A stretch of DNA of 64,000 bases from contig CM000153.2 of the NCBI GenBank assembly GCA_000004695.1, positions 1,856,001-1,920,000 of the forward strand, written 5' to 3'. A program made the translations under genes and the position numbers. Source of the stretch: Dictyostelium discoideum. Taxonomy: Eukaryota. Under the pieces are notes generated by a model. The model worked only from the letters and a program-made list of their open reading frames with translations, did not search any database and was not told the origin of the DNA. Below are positions 13,385 to 27,622 of this stretch, piece by piece (the first letter of the stretch is position 1; each line of letters starts with the position of its first letter).

Positions 13385-14278
13385 ATGGATTATTCAAAAA
13401 AATTATGTGTAATCACTGGTGCATCATCTGGATTTGGTGAAGCATTGGCCAAAATTTTATCTAAAAGTGGATATAGTTTATTACTTTTAGCTAGAAGAAT
13501 TGAAAAAATGCAAGAATTTAATCTACCAAATTGTATTTGCCAAAAAGTTGATGTTACAAATTATGATGAATTTGAAAAAGCTGTCAGAGAAGCAGAATCA
13601 TTTTTTGGTTGTAAAACTGATTTAATGGTCAATAATGGTAATCATTATTTTATCTCCGCTTTTTTTTTTTTTTTTTATTTTTTATTTTTTTTTTTTTTTT
13701 TTATTTTTTTTTTTTCTCTAATCTTCCATAAATAATTTAATTAAATTTTAATAATATAATCACAATTATTTATATAAAAATAAAATTCATAAATAGCTGG
13801 CGTTATGTTATTAGGACATATTTGGGAGCAAGATATGAAAGATTGGGATAAAACATTGGATGTAAATGTTAAAGGTGTATTACATGGATGTAGAATAGTT
13901 TTAAAGGATATGATGGATAGAAATGGTGGAACAATTATTAATGTTTCATCAATTGCAGGTTTGGATCCTTATGAATTACATTCAGTCTATGGTGCATCTA
14001 AATATGGTGTTCATTGTATCTCAAATACAATTAGAAAAGAAGTTGCTCAAAAAAATGTAAGAGTAATGATAATTTCACCTGGTATTGCTGAAACTGAATT
14101 ACTATCACATAATAAATCCAATGAAAAAGTTTTCAACACATATAATAGTTGGAAAGATACATTAAAAGGTCAATCAATGAATCCATACAATGTTGCAAAT
14201 TCAATTAAATTTATGTATGAAATGCCTCAAGAAATTACAATTCGTGACTTGATTATTTGTCCAACTAAACAAGAATAA
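13385..14278 (+). CDS. Short-chain dehydrogenase/reductase (SDR family); exons 13385..13637 and 13797..14278
   Basis: Cofactor motif ITGASSGFGEALAK. The splice recreates the canonical NNAG motif (..MVNN|AGVMLLG). Catalytic Ser plus YGASKYG (YxxxK), and PGIAETEL. Confidence 0.8.
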
Positions 14279-14804
14279 AATTCGAGTGTTCTATACAAAT
14301 AAAAAAAACAAAAAAAAAAAAATTTAGTTTTAAAAAAATAAATATTTAAAAAAAAGGTGGTGTTAGACGTTAAGATATTTTCATTCCAGACTACCCCTTT
14401 GATAGAATTTAAAAACCAATTTAATAATGATAAAATTTAAAAACCAATTCAATAAAAAAAAAAAATAAATAAGTGGAGGGAATAAATAATTTATTAATTT
14501 TTTTTTTTTCCCAAATCGGATTAAATTTAACCATTTTGATTTTTCCATTTTTTTTTTTTTAATATTATTTTTTAACACATAATTGATTTGTATCAAAAAA
14601 AAAAAAAAAAAGTACTATTTAAATTAATAAAATTATTAATATCAAAAAAAAAATAATAATACTATTAAAATTAATAAAATTATTTATTTAGTTTTCTTTG
14701 TTTTTTTTTTATTTTTGTTTTACATTTATATAATTATATTTATATATAATTAATAATAAATAAATTTTTTTTTATTTTTTTATTTTATTTTATTTTTTAA
14801 TAAA

Positions 14805-15835
14805 TTATTTTTGATTCTTTTTATCTTCTTTTTTTAATTTTTCATCTTTTTTTAATTTTTCATCTTTTTCTTTTTTTTGTTTTCTTTGATTATCTTCTAT
14901 GAGGGCTTTATATTTTTTAGCTTCTTCAAGATTACCCATTTTTAAATGTTTGATATCATCACGACGACCACTATCGGTTGGAAGTGTTGTTTCAGGATCA
15001 CGATAGATTACACCATGTGGTATCATTCTAATATTCCAATATTCGACTTGATCAATTAAGAAAGAGGTTAACCAAGTACCTTCCATTTTGCATAATACAT
15101 CATCAGGGTTGATTTTATCACAATTTCCGTCTTTGATTTTGTTATTGTTAATTCTAAATATTCTACCATCGATTGTATCACATGGAGTTTTTTGTTTTGA
15201 AAAGAAACTTTTAACGAAACCTAATGCATTTGGGTTGAAAATCAACTCACAAGCCAAATCATTCTTTTCATCAGTGAATAGCATTTTACCGCAAAATTCA
15301 GTGACCCTATCACCCCAAAATATACCCTTGATTAAAACATCAGGATATGTGAATGCTATATTTGTACCATCGGCAAACTCAATATTATGGGGACCCTTTA
15401 AACAACCCTTGACTACATTACCACGACAACCAGCTGACCAAATGAAATGACCAGTGTACTTGTATTTACCATCTTTTTCCAATAGTTTCCAACTTGAAAT
15501 TGGTGGATGATGTGAAATCTGTTCACAAAATGCACTTGATCCATCGGCTAAATCACATTCAAACGTTTCACCTAGCAATGGATTAAATGGTTTAGCAATT
15601 GTAGTTGTCAAATGTAACCCAGATACAACAAATGATGCAACCATTTTCATTCTTTCAATTGGATCATTGGTTTCAGCTGCTGCCTTTAAATATAATGGAC
15701 CAAATGCCATTGTATCCGTAACTTTCTCTAAAAATGATCTTGCTTCAAATAATTCAATTGGTAAACATGTGCTTGTTAATTCTTTACCTTCAATAATACT
15801 ATTACCCACACTTTTAACTAATGACCAACAAACTC

Positions 15836-15879
<44 letters not shown>

Positions 15880-16189
15880 TTATATTTTTATATTTTTATA
15901 TTTTTAATTATAAATTAATTAAAATAATTATTTACCCTCTTTGTTTTTTTAATTCAATATCATCAACAAATTTCCAACCACCATTTGAATGTCTTGAATT
16001 TTGTCTAAAAATTTTATCTTGTAATTCTTTACCATTTCCTTTACCACTAAAACTATAGCATTGTGATAAAATTGGTATTGATTTAATGTTTGTATTATTT
16101 GTTGTTGAGGAAGAAATAGAAGAAGAAGAAGATGAAGGAGATAGTGGCATTTTAATTTCACCACTTGTAGTAATAGATTGAACTTCTGT

Positions 16190-16192
<3 letters not shown>
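14805..16192 (-). CDS. Oxysterol-binding protein (short OSBP/ORP), about 428 aa; exons 15936..16192 and 14805..15834
   Basis: OSBP fingerprint EQISHHPPISSW preceded by KPFNPLLGETFEC. Donor GG|gtaaat and acceptor aatag|A are phase 2. The intron contains A(39). Confidence 0.8.
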
Positions 16193-16225
<33 letters not shown>

Positions 16226-16490
16226 TGTACAATTTGAAATTATTTATTTATTTATTTTTTTTGAATTATTTCTTGATTTTTTGATTTTATTATATTAATT
16301 ATTAATATTGATAAATATATATATATATATAATTCGGAAAATTAACACAAAAAAAACAAAAAAAATAAGATAATTAAATAATTTTTCACAAAAAATTTAA
16401 TTCCATTAAAAACCAAAAAAAAAAAATTAAATTTAAATTTAAATAAAAAGGAATTTAATATATTAATTATTATAAAAAAAAAAATAATAA

Positions 16491-16528
<38 letters not shown>

Positions 16529-17266
16529 AAATTAATAAAAAAACAAAACAAAAAAAAACAATAAATCCTTATCTGGGTGTGTTTTTAAATTTAAATTATT
16601 TAAAATAATATATAATAAATAAATAACGGTGAGTGTGGTTGTGGGAAGGGTGAATACAAAAATTGAAAAATAAAAAAATAAAAAAAAAATTTAAATTATA
16701 TATTAAAATGGTTACAACCACAAATAATGCTTAGTTTTATAAATATATTTTTTTTTTTTTTTTAGATATTTAAGATTTTTTTTTTAAAAATATAAAAATT
16801 TAAAATTATTATTATTATTTTTATATATATTTTAGAGTTGAATTGAAATTGAAATTGAAATTATTTTATAAAATAAAAGTACAAATAAAAAAATGAAATT
16901 GAAAATGAAATTATTTTATTTAAATATTTATAATTATTAAAAAATAAAAAAAAAAAAAGAAAAAAAAAAAAATAGAAATTAAAACATATTTTAAAATTAT
17001 ATTTTTTTAATATGATTTTTTTAAAAAATATTTTAAATAATTAATATGAGTATTTATGAACCTTTTTTCAAAGTTTGAGGTAACCTCAGTTTTAGGATTT
17101 TCGTTAATTAAAAGGTTTTTTTTATTGGTTACATGATAATATTAAATTTTATTGTTTATAATTTTTAAAAAATCATAAAAAAAAGATTCAATCTCAAGTG
17201 TCACAATTTTAGGGTTTTTATTTGGTACAACATCATAACCCCTCTGCCATACAACCATTATAATTT

Positions 17267-17307
<41 letters not shown>

Positions 17308-17433
17308 AAATTTTAATTTTAAATTTTAAATTTTAATTTTTTTTTTTAATAACAATATCAAAAAGACTAAAATAACTTCTTTTTTTTTTTGTTTTATTTT
17401 TAATTTTTTTTTTTTTTTGTTTGTTTTTTTTTT

Positions 17434-17483
<50 letters not shown>

Positions 17484-17788
17484 ATTTAATACTAAAAAAA
17501 AAAATTAATATTAGTTTTTTTTTTTATTGGATATTGTTATTGTTTTTTACAATTAATTAAATTAATATTTTGTAAAATAATTATTTCAATTTGAAATTTG
17601 TAAAAATATTATTTCTTAGGATCTAATTTTCTTGGGATAATAATATTAAATTTGTGTTTGATTTCCAATTTTTAGGAATAAATAATTTTTTTTTTATTTT
17701 TTTATTTTTTTATTTTTTTTTTTTTTTTGGAATTTCCAAAATTTTTTTTTTAATTTTTTTTTTTTTATTATTTTATTTATTCACCCAA

Positions 17789-19934
<2,146 letters not shown>

Positions 19935-20302
19935 ATATTTATTAAAAAAATATTATAGAAACAAAATTTTATTCTTTTTTTATTTTTTTTTATTTTTTTT
20001 ATTTTTATTTTTATTTTCTATTTTTAGTTTTATTTTTATTTTTTATTTTTTATTTTTTTTTAAGTTATGTGGTTGGAATGCCCTTTGGGTCTTTTTTTTT
20101 TTATTACCAGAGAATAAATAAATTGACCCCCCAACACACAATTTATTTTTTTTAATTTTTTTTTTTTTTTTTTTTGTTCTATTAATTAATTTTTTTTTAA
20201 ACTGATTGTTGGTTTTTTAATTTTTTTTATTTTTTTTTATTTTTTTTATTAATATAAATATTTATAGATAATTAAATTATTTATTTAAATAATAAAAAAA
20301 AA

Positions 20303-22098
20303 ATGATAATTTTTAAAAATTTATTAAAATTATTAATAATTTTATTAACAATAAAATTATATTTTTGTATTGAAATTAAAAGAGAAGAACATTTAACAAT
20401 TTTAAATGAATTAAATGAAAATAGTGATGTGATTCAATATTCAATTTTACCAGGTAATAATGAAGAATATGAAATTGTTAAAGGTATTCAAGAAGATGCA
20501 ATAGTTTATGGATATTATATGTCAAATGTTGAAGTCAATGGTTGGGCTTATTTATCATTAGTATCAAATGATAAATACAATGATTCAACACAGTCAAGAG
20601 CATTTGGTTATTTAGAAGGTTATTTAACAAAAGATTTAATTTGGAATTCAAAAGTGAATTATTATAAAAATGCATTCAACTCTTCAGAAATTCCAAATAA
20701 ACTTGATGATTGGTTAACTGAGAATATTGAAAGTATTCACACATTCATTGTAAATAATAGAAAAAGTCGATATTGGAATCAGATTACATTGGTTATGGAC
20801 CAGATTAACGGCATGCTCGATGGGTACAATGAGGCAAACACGAATTCCAGCGAGACGTTATCATTGCATGATTTTTTTGTGTTGAATATGTTTGGCGATT
20901 TATTCGATTTAATGCCTGCTTTAAATTTGGATAAAGAGTATAAATATTTCCAAAAGGATTTAAACGATATTCAAGACTGGTTTAAAAGATCCCAACATTG
21001 TTCTGCATTGATTAAAGTGTCAAGCGACTACTCTGAATTATATTCCGGCCATACTACATGGAGTGGGTATTATACAATGTTGAGAATATTCAAGAGTTAT
21101 AACCAACAATTCTCATCAGATGTTTCAGGTACACTTTCGAAAAGAAATATTTTCAGTAGTTATCCTGGTGCTTTAATTAGTGTTGATGATTTCTATTTAT
21201 TGGGTGATACTAGAATGGTTGTAATTGAAACCACAAACTCTCTAGTCACCAATGACCTCTACCATTTAATTAGACCAACTACTGTTTTATCTTGGATGAG
21301 AGTCATAGTTTCAAATAGAATGAGTACAAATGGTAAAGAATGGTGTGAAAATTTCCAACGTTATAATTCTGGTACTTATAATAATCAATGGATGATTGTA
21401 AGTTATAATTTATTCGTCCCATATAATGAATTAAAAGATGGTGCGCTTTATGTTTTAGAACAAATTCCAGGTTATATTGAATTGTAATTATTTATTATTG
21501 TTTTTATTTTTTTTTTTTAAATTTCTTTTTAAAAATTATATATTAATTTTTTATTTTTTTTTGAAAAAGTTCTGATCAAACTCAAGCATTAAGACAAGGT
21601 TGGTGGAATTCATATAATATACCATTTTATGAAACAATTTATGATGCATCGGGTTATAATAATTATACTGCTAATAATTATAGTGATAGTACAATTTATT
21701 ATATGTCTTATCAAACTTGTCCAAGAGCTGAAATATTTAGAAATTTCGCAGGTTATGTTGAATCACTTGAAGATTTCCAATCATTATTAAGATATAATGA
21801 TTTTGAATATGATCCACTTTCACATAAACTTCCATTCTATGCCATAGCATCACGTTACGACCTTTCAAAAAAGAATCCTTCTCCATTTGGTGCAACTGAT
21901 ACAAAAGTAACTTGTAACTCTATGATTGATCAAAATACAATTGTCGCAATTAGTGGTCCAACTACATCAAATGGTCAGCCAATATTTGAATGGAATTCAA
22001 AAATTGATTTTATGGAGTCAACTTCACATTTAGGTTGCCCTGAAAAATATAATTTCCCATGGGTATCTTTCTCAGATACAACTTTTAGAAATCTTTAA
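20303..22098 (+). CDS. Phospholipase B-like protein (PLBD / laminin-A family), about 569 aa, secreted; exons 20303..21483 and 21570..22098
   Basis: Signal peptide, HCSALIK (autocatalytic Cys), YNNQWMIV, then after a phase 2 splice SDQTQALRQGWWNSYNIPFYE..CPRAEIFRN. Confidence 0.8.
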
Positions 22099-22240
22099 TA
22101 TAAATAGTTTTTTAAAAAAAATAAAAAAAAATAAATCACACAGTATATATACATAAAATTTAGTTAGTTCTTTCCCATTCATAATCGATTTACTTTTTTA
22201 TCATTTTCAAAATTGTATTTAATACACTAACATTTCATTG

Positions 22241-22262
22241 TTAAAAACAAAATTTTCTATTA
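22241..22262. repeat. Target-site duplication, copy 1 (TTAAAAACAAAATTTTCTATTA)
   Basis: Perfect 22-nt direct repeat of 23524..23545, flanking the retroelement-derived insert. Confidence 0.6.
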
Positions 22263-22436
22263 TAAACAAATTTTTTTATTAAAAACTTTTTTTTTTAATT
22301 GAATGCTCAATCCATTTTTATTTTTTTTTTGAATTGGATAACGCAATTATTATTTGCTTCTCCTTGTGATGCTAGATCTCATTTTATTTTATTTTTTTTT
22401 TTTTTTTACAGGGTCTCTAAAAGAGGGGTTGGTTTA

Positions 22437-22484
<48 letters not shown>

Positions 22485-22775
22485 TTTCGAATTTTGAATG
22501 TATTATTACTTTTGATTAAAACATCTTTTTTGTTCAAACTTTTTTCTAAATCTTTTTTTATTTTATCGTCTGGTTCGTGATTGATGTTTATGACGTATTT
22601 GAATTGTTTTTTTTTTAATTGAGTTTTATCCACAATTTCGCTTATTTTTTGTAGGCATTTGTGTTGCTTAATATTTGTGGTGTTGTTTGTGATTTTCATT
22701 TTATTTTCTTTCTATTTTTTTTATTTTTCTTTAAAAAGTTAAAAATCTGGAAATTTTCTGATTAACTTGGGTTCC

Positions 22776-22837
<62 letters not shown>

Positions 22838-23523
22838 TTATTTATAGAAAGTACTGAGTGAATTATTGTATTTTTTGAGATGTTTAGGAAGTTCTATTGC
22901 GTGGAGAGGTGAGTTCCATTGTCTGCTAAATTGTAATAGCTTTAGCGAGATTAGTGAGTCTAATTTATTTTGTTCTTCTGGCCGTTGCTTTGATTTGATT
23001 CTTAATGTTTTGTTTATAACCGCTTGTGTCCTGTCCCATGCAGCTCTTTGTGTTTTAATTAGTTCACGTATGACTTGTTGTCTGTGAATTATTATTTCTT
23101 TTTCATCGTGAATGAGTTTATTTCTTTTGTGCCAGATTTTTTCGAATATAATAGCTATTAAATTGGCGACTAGTGCAATTTGTAGATGGTTTAAAATCTT
23201 CACATTCCAGGTGTGAGTGGTGTGTCCACACTTAGTTAGGGTGTAGTTGAAGATTTCTTGTGTGTTTTTGATGTGGGCTTTGCAGTTGAAGAATATATGT
23301 TCTGAAGTCTCATCTTCCCCACACTGTTGGCATGGCATGTTGTATTTTTTTGGTAGTGCTTTCAGTGTGTATCTCCATAATAGATCTCTACCTTTCATGT
23401 TTATTATTTTTTTGATTTCTTTAAATGGAAGGTGTTTGCTATTAATTTTGGTCATTATTTCTTTTTGGCCAGGAGTTGGTATGAATTTGTTGTGTTCAGG
23501 AGATTGAGTTGTCATCATTTTTA
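22263..23523 (-). mobile_element. 5'-truncated tRNA-gene-targeted non-LTR retrotransposon fragment (TRE5-like), composite 3' region with two oligo(A) tracts
   Basis: On the minus strand, an ORF2 C-terminal fragment (23533..22838) is followed by a short 3' UTR and A(about 58) (+ strand T-run 22780..22837). After about 330 bp of unique sequence, a second A(45) (+ 22439..22483) and about 175 bp extend to the TSD. The insert is bounded by the 22-bp direct repeat. The 5' end lies about 20-42 bp upstream of tRNA-Ile, divergent from it. Confidence 0.55.
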
Positions 23524-23533
23524 TTAAAAACAA
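22838..23533 (-). CDS. Non-LTR retrotransposon ORF2 C-terminal fragment (231 aa) with Cys-His motif
   Basis: CQQCGEDETSEHIFFNC fits the C-x2-C-x7-H-x4-C motif found at the C-terminus of L1-clade ORF2 proteins. Basic, RT-thumb-like sequence lies upstream. The ORF starts abruptly about 33 bp from the tRNA with no RT or EN domains, which indicates truncation. Confidence 0.5.
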   Translation of the reverse strand: MFLIKMMTTQSPEHNKFIPTPGQKEIMTKINSKHLPFKEIKKIINMKGRDLLWRYTLKALPKKYNMPCQQCGEDETSEHIFFNCKAHIKNTQEIFNYTLTKCGHTTHTWNVKILNHLQIALVANLIAIIFEKIWHKRNKLIHDEKEIIIHRQQVIRELIKTQRAAWDRTQAVINKTLRIKSKQRPEEQNKLDSLISLKLLQFSRQWNSPLHAIELPKHLKKYNNSLSTFYK

Positions 23534-23545
23534 AATTTTCTATTA
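23524..23545. repeat. Target-site duplication, copy 2
   Basis: Identical to 22241..22262. It ends 20 bp upstream of the tRNA-Ile 5' end. Confidence 0.6.
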
Positions 23546-23565
23546 AAAAAAAAAATCCATCGAAA

Positions 23566-23638
23566 GCTCGATTAGCTCAGTCGGCAGAGCGTGGTGCTAA
23601 TAACGCCACGGTCGCAGGTTCGATCCCTGCATCGAGCA
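23566..23638 (+). tRNA. tRNA-Ile (anticodon AAU)
   Basis: GCTCGAT/ATCGAGC acceptor stem, D-arm TAGCTCAGTCGGCAGAGC, anticodon stem TGGTG/CGCCA with loop CTAATAA, B box GGTTCGATCCC, discriminator A, then a T5 Pol III terminator (23642-23646). Confidence 0.9.
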
Positions 23639-23668
23639 AGTTTTTACATGATGTTTACACATATCGCA

Positions 23669-23679
23669 GGTTCGACTCC
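23669..23679 (+). promoter_or_regulatory. Extra B box (ex-B) downstream of tRNA gene
   Basis: GGTTCGACTCC, a second B-box consensus about 31 nt past the tRNA 3' end, as found after many Dictyostelium tRNA genes. Confidence 0.5.
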
Positions 23680-23988
23680 TTACTTGGGATTGAGGTCCTC
23701 TTAAATAAAATAGATAAAAACACAAGTGTGGCACCCTAACCCTTTTTGAGACCAAATAAAAGGGTTGGGTACTTCTCTTTTTTTTTGTGTTTATTTTTAT
23801 TTTTAAACAATAAAAAAAAATGAAAAAAAAAAATTAAATAATTTTAGGGTTTTAAAAAATATATACACAAATAAGTTAATTTTAAAACTATCATTATAAG
23901 TTAATTAAACATTTATTAACAAAAATATATATATATTAAAAAAAAAAAAAAAAAAAAAATTAAACTCCTATTATTTTTTGAAAACTAA

Positions 23989-24309
23989 CCAATAATCAAA
24001 AAAGAATGGATACCACTCAAAAGAATAAAATTAGATAATAATATAAATTATAATAATAAAATAATACCAAGATACATTTTTATTAATATTATTGAATCAA
24101 TAATTAATTATTTATGGTTAAAAAGAAAACTTGATAATAATATTATTTATAATTATGAAATAAAATATTATTATTATATTAATGAAATAATAACATTATC
24201 ATTGGTATCAAAAGATTGGTTTAAAATTATATCAAAATTACTAAATAATATAATTGATAATAATAGATTAGAATATTGGTTCAATATTTTTTGTATCATG
24301 TCCTTGTAA
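23989..24309 (+). pseudogene. Possible F-box/FNIP-like N-terminal gene fragment lacking a start codon
   Basis: The open frame reads ..IPRYIFINIIESIINYLWLKRKL..INEIITLSLVSKDWFKIISKLLNNIIDNN.., an F-box-like LP..I...I...L....L.LVSK.W pattern. It has no in-frame ATG, the only ATG (24006) is in another frame and closes after 10 codons, and downstream coding-like pieces (24452..24700, 24803..24997 with (CAA)20) are in different frames. Confidence 0.2.
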
Positions 24310-24841
24310 ATTCCATTTATATTGTGTTTGTAATGATTTTCAAACTAAATATCAAGATTATATTAGAAATAATGATTATAATCACAATGATGAAAATTTA
24401 AAAAAAATTTTTAATATATTAAAAATAATTTCAAATGGTATTAAATCATTATTGTCTTCAACATCATCATTGGAATATTTCAAAATTAATACATCAATTG
24501 TACTTTGTAATGATACATTCTCTAAATTAAATGAAAATAAATCAATTAAAACCTTAGTATTTGAAAATGGGTTTAAATATAAAGGAAAAGATACAGAAAA
24601 TGAACAATTCCACAAAAATCATTATTATGGTATTATTCAATATTTAATAGAAAATGTATTCAGTGTAGCAACTTCAAATATTTTCTATAGAGAAAATTAA
24701 ATTCATATACAATCAATATTTAAATTAATTTTAAATCATATAAATACAATTCAATTATATTCAATCAAAATAAAAATAACTGAAAATATTTTAGAATCTA
24801 CATTGGATGAAATTGTTAATCTATCAGATAAATTCTCTGAA

Positions 24842-24906
<65 letters not shown>

Positions 24907-25382
24907 CTCAAATCTATCATTTAAGAATTTAGTTGAATTTAAAATCATTGTTGTCAAAGACTCTGAAATTGGTAATACTAAACAATATCAATTATAACTA
25001 AAAGAAAAAAATAACAAACTTTGTCATTTCGCTGTTTCAGTTTTACATCATAACAACAGATAATAAAAATACATATTATAAATTAATTAAAAAAATAAAT
25101 AGTTTTATTTTAAGAAATATATATATATCTATATTTGGTTATTTTTATTATTATTAATGAAATTGAAATTCCAAATGGTGAAAATTGGCCAATTAGTGAG
25201 CATAGTGCTTTCAATTTACAAAAAAAAAGAAAAACCAATTCTTTGAGATAATATTATTAATAATTGTGAAAAATAAAAGAAATAAAAAAAAAAAAGATTA
25301 CTCTGTATTATTAATTAATTTAATAAAAGTTTATTTATTTTGCTTTATTTTTTTATTTTGTCTTTATTAATATTTATTTTTG

Positions 25383-26817
25383 TTATTCAATTTTTTGAAT
25401 TTTTGAAGTAACAAAAATTTCTTTATCATTTAAATTAAGGAATTGTTCAATTGGTGGTAATTGAGAAAATCTTTCATCTTCTTCATCTTTATCTCTTAAT
25501 AAAATTGAAAATTCTTCTGGCAATGTTGGAATATCCCAATTATTATCTTCCATTGCCAAGGATTCTTTAGTACTTTCTAAATATTGGAAAAGATCATCAA
25601 TAGTTTCAACTGGACAAAAGACGCCCGAGGATGAATAACCGTCATAGACTGTTTCGAAGCATTGTGTCATGTAACGATCGAAATTTTCTTTTTTCCATTG
25701 TGGACCATATGGTAGTGATCTATCTTTTGTTGATTGATTTAGAATTGTTTCAATCTCTTTATTATACTTAGCGGCCAATAGTAATTGGAAACCAGACATA
25801 TACTCACTCATTGTAGATTTATCTTCTGTATTGAAATGGTTGACTATATCTTGAATAGCTGGAGTATTATGATAATGAATATCATAACCTCTTGATAGAT
25901 ATTTCAAAAGACGACGTTGATATTGATTACCACCTCTGATTCTATATGAAAATTGTGAAGCGATATTAATACGATGATTGACAGCCAATAAACCACGTTC
26001 CAAAGTCCAAACATCGGTACCATCGAATGCAAAACAACTACAATCGATATCGACACCCAATAGTACTTCATTGATGTCTTTGAATTGATAAATATTGAAT
26101 TGAACAGTTCTATTTGGATGTTGTAATGAGAAAACTACATGACCACCCATTGCATGAATTGAATAACCTTTATCTTCATAATCCTCACCGAAAATATTTT
26201 CAACCTTACTAATATAGGCGGATTCGAAACTTTCATTTGAATCGCCTAACATTAAAACGTCGATATCAGAGCTTTCAAATCCTTGTGCTTGACCAGTTAA
26301 ACACGATGTAATTAAACCTCCAATAAATAAGAAACCCTTTGGTGTATTACCATGTTCATCTTTAAATAATCCTCTAGTTTCTCTATGAAAATTTGCCAAA
26401 AACTCCTCTTTTGGAACTATAGATGGTGATCCATCAACTAAATCCTTTGATTTCACTTCAGATTTAAATAAACGATGTCTAATCTCTGATTCACTTGATA
26501 ACTCTTTAAATTTGAATAATTCATAATTATCATAAACATTGATCTTACTATCATTACCACTAATGTAAACATCATCTTCAACTTGCATTTCATAATTATT
26601 TCTTAACCAAGTATCTTTTTTTAAAGCTGATCCAATTAATACATTTAATGTAAATAATTTCTCTTTTTCATCTTTTGATATCTCCTTATCATTATACAAT
26701 GCCCAAATTATAAGATATCCAATTGGTCTATCCTCTAATAAACAATATTCAATAAATTGTTCTTTTAAATCAAATGGTAATGATTTAATTTTTTTTAATG
26801 TATTTTCTTTATCACTA

Positions 26818-26858
<41 letters not shown>

Positions 26859-27622
26859 TTTATAAATAAATAAATAAATATTTTAATTTTAAAAAAACAT
26901 ACATTGAAAATAATTGTTTTAAAGTTGAAAAACAAATTTTCTTATAGGATGGTATAAATGGTGAACCTTTTGGACCATCAAATGATGAATAACTACCAAT
27001 TTTAAATTTAACCTTATCATAATTTGTAATATCAGAACATGGCATTAATTTTGAAATAAAACTATTTTCTACAGATTGATTATCATTTTTTGAAACTCTA
27101 ATAAATTTTCTATGACAATATGAATTAGATCTTGATAATTTAATTTTTGAATATTTATAAGATTGTGCATAGCTTCTAGCAGAGTAAACTAATGAATCAA
27201 TATAAATTGAACCATCTTCATCAATTTTAATTAAATCATATTTTTTTTTATCAAAACTTGACATAATGTTTGAACTAAATAATTCTTTATATCCCTCTGG
27301 CTTATAAATATATAAAAAATATATAAATTAATAAAAATTAATAAAAATAAATAAAAATAATAATAAAATTACATACATTAAAATAAACACAATTAGTTAA
27401 TGATTTATATAGTTCACCAGATTTATCATGTTGTGATTTTTCAATTTGAAAACTAATTGGATCTCTGTCTCTATGTCTTATTTTTTCTTTTAATTTTGTA
27501 AGAATTGGTGGTTGTTGAGAATCTTGAAGTGGAAATGTAATTAGTAAATCACCTTCAAAACATTGATTATGGTCAATTATTTTAGGTGGTTCTTGTTTTT
27601 CTTCAAGTTTTGTTCTTGCCAT
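25383..27622 (-). CDS. Uncharacterised about 691-aa protein with a candidate Pol-beta-type nucleotidyltransferase signature; exons 27377..27622, 26903..27300, 25383..26814
   Basis: Three exons with consistent phases (N|gtatgt, ..S+AT|gtatgt, acceptors tttataag and atttatag). The sequence contains FLFIGGLITSCLTGQAQGFESSDIDVLMLGD (hG[GS]..[DE]h[DE]h-like) and LLGVDIDCSCFAFDG 66 residues later. I recognised no other family. Confidence 0.55.

Noticed and set aside
14381-14596. 71-aa minus ORF between the SDR and OSBP genes
   Set aside because: Lies in the 3' intergenic region, is low complexity, and has no motif.
15088-15918. Plus-strand ORFs 15088..15450 and 15667..15918
   Set aside because: Antisense to the oxysterol-binding protein exon.
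22406-22699. 97-aa minus ORF inside the retroelement 3' region as an independent gene
   Set aside because: Lys-rich and low complexity. It lies between two oligo(A) tracts within the TSD-bounded insert, so it is more likely element 3' sequence than a host gene.
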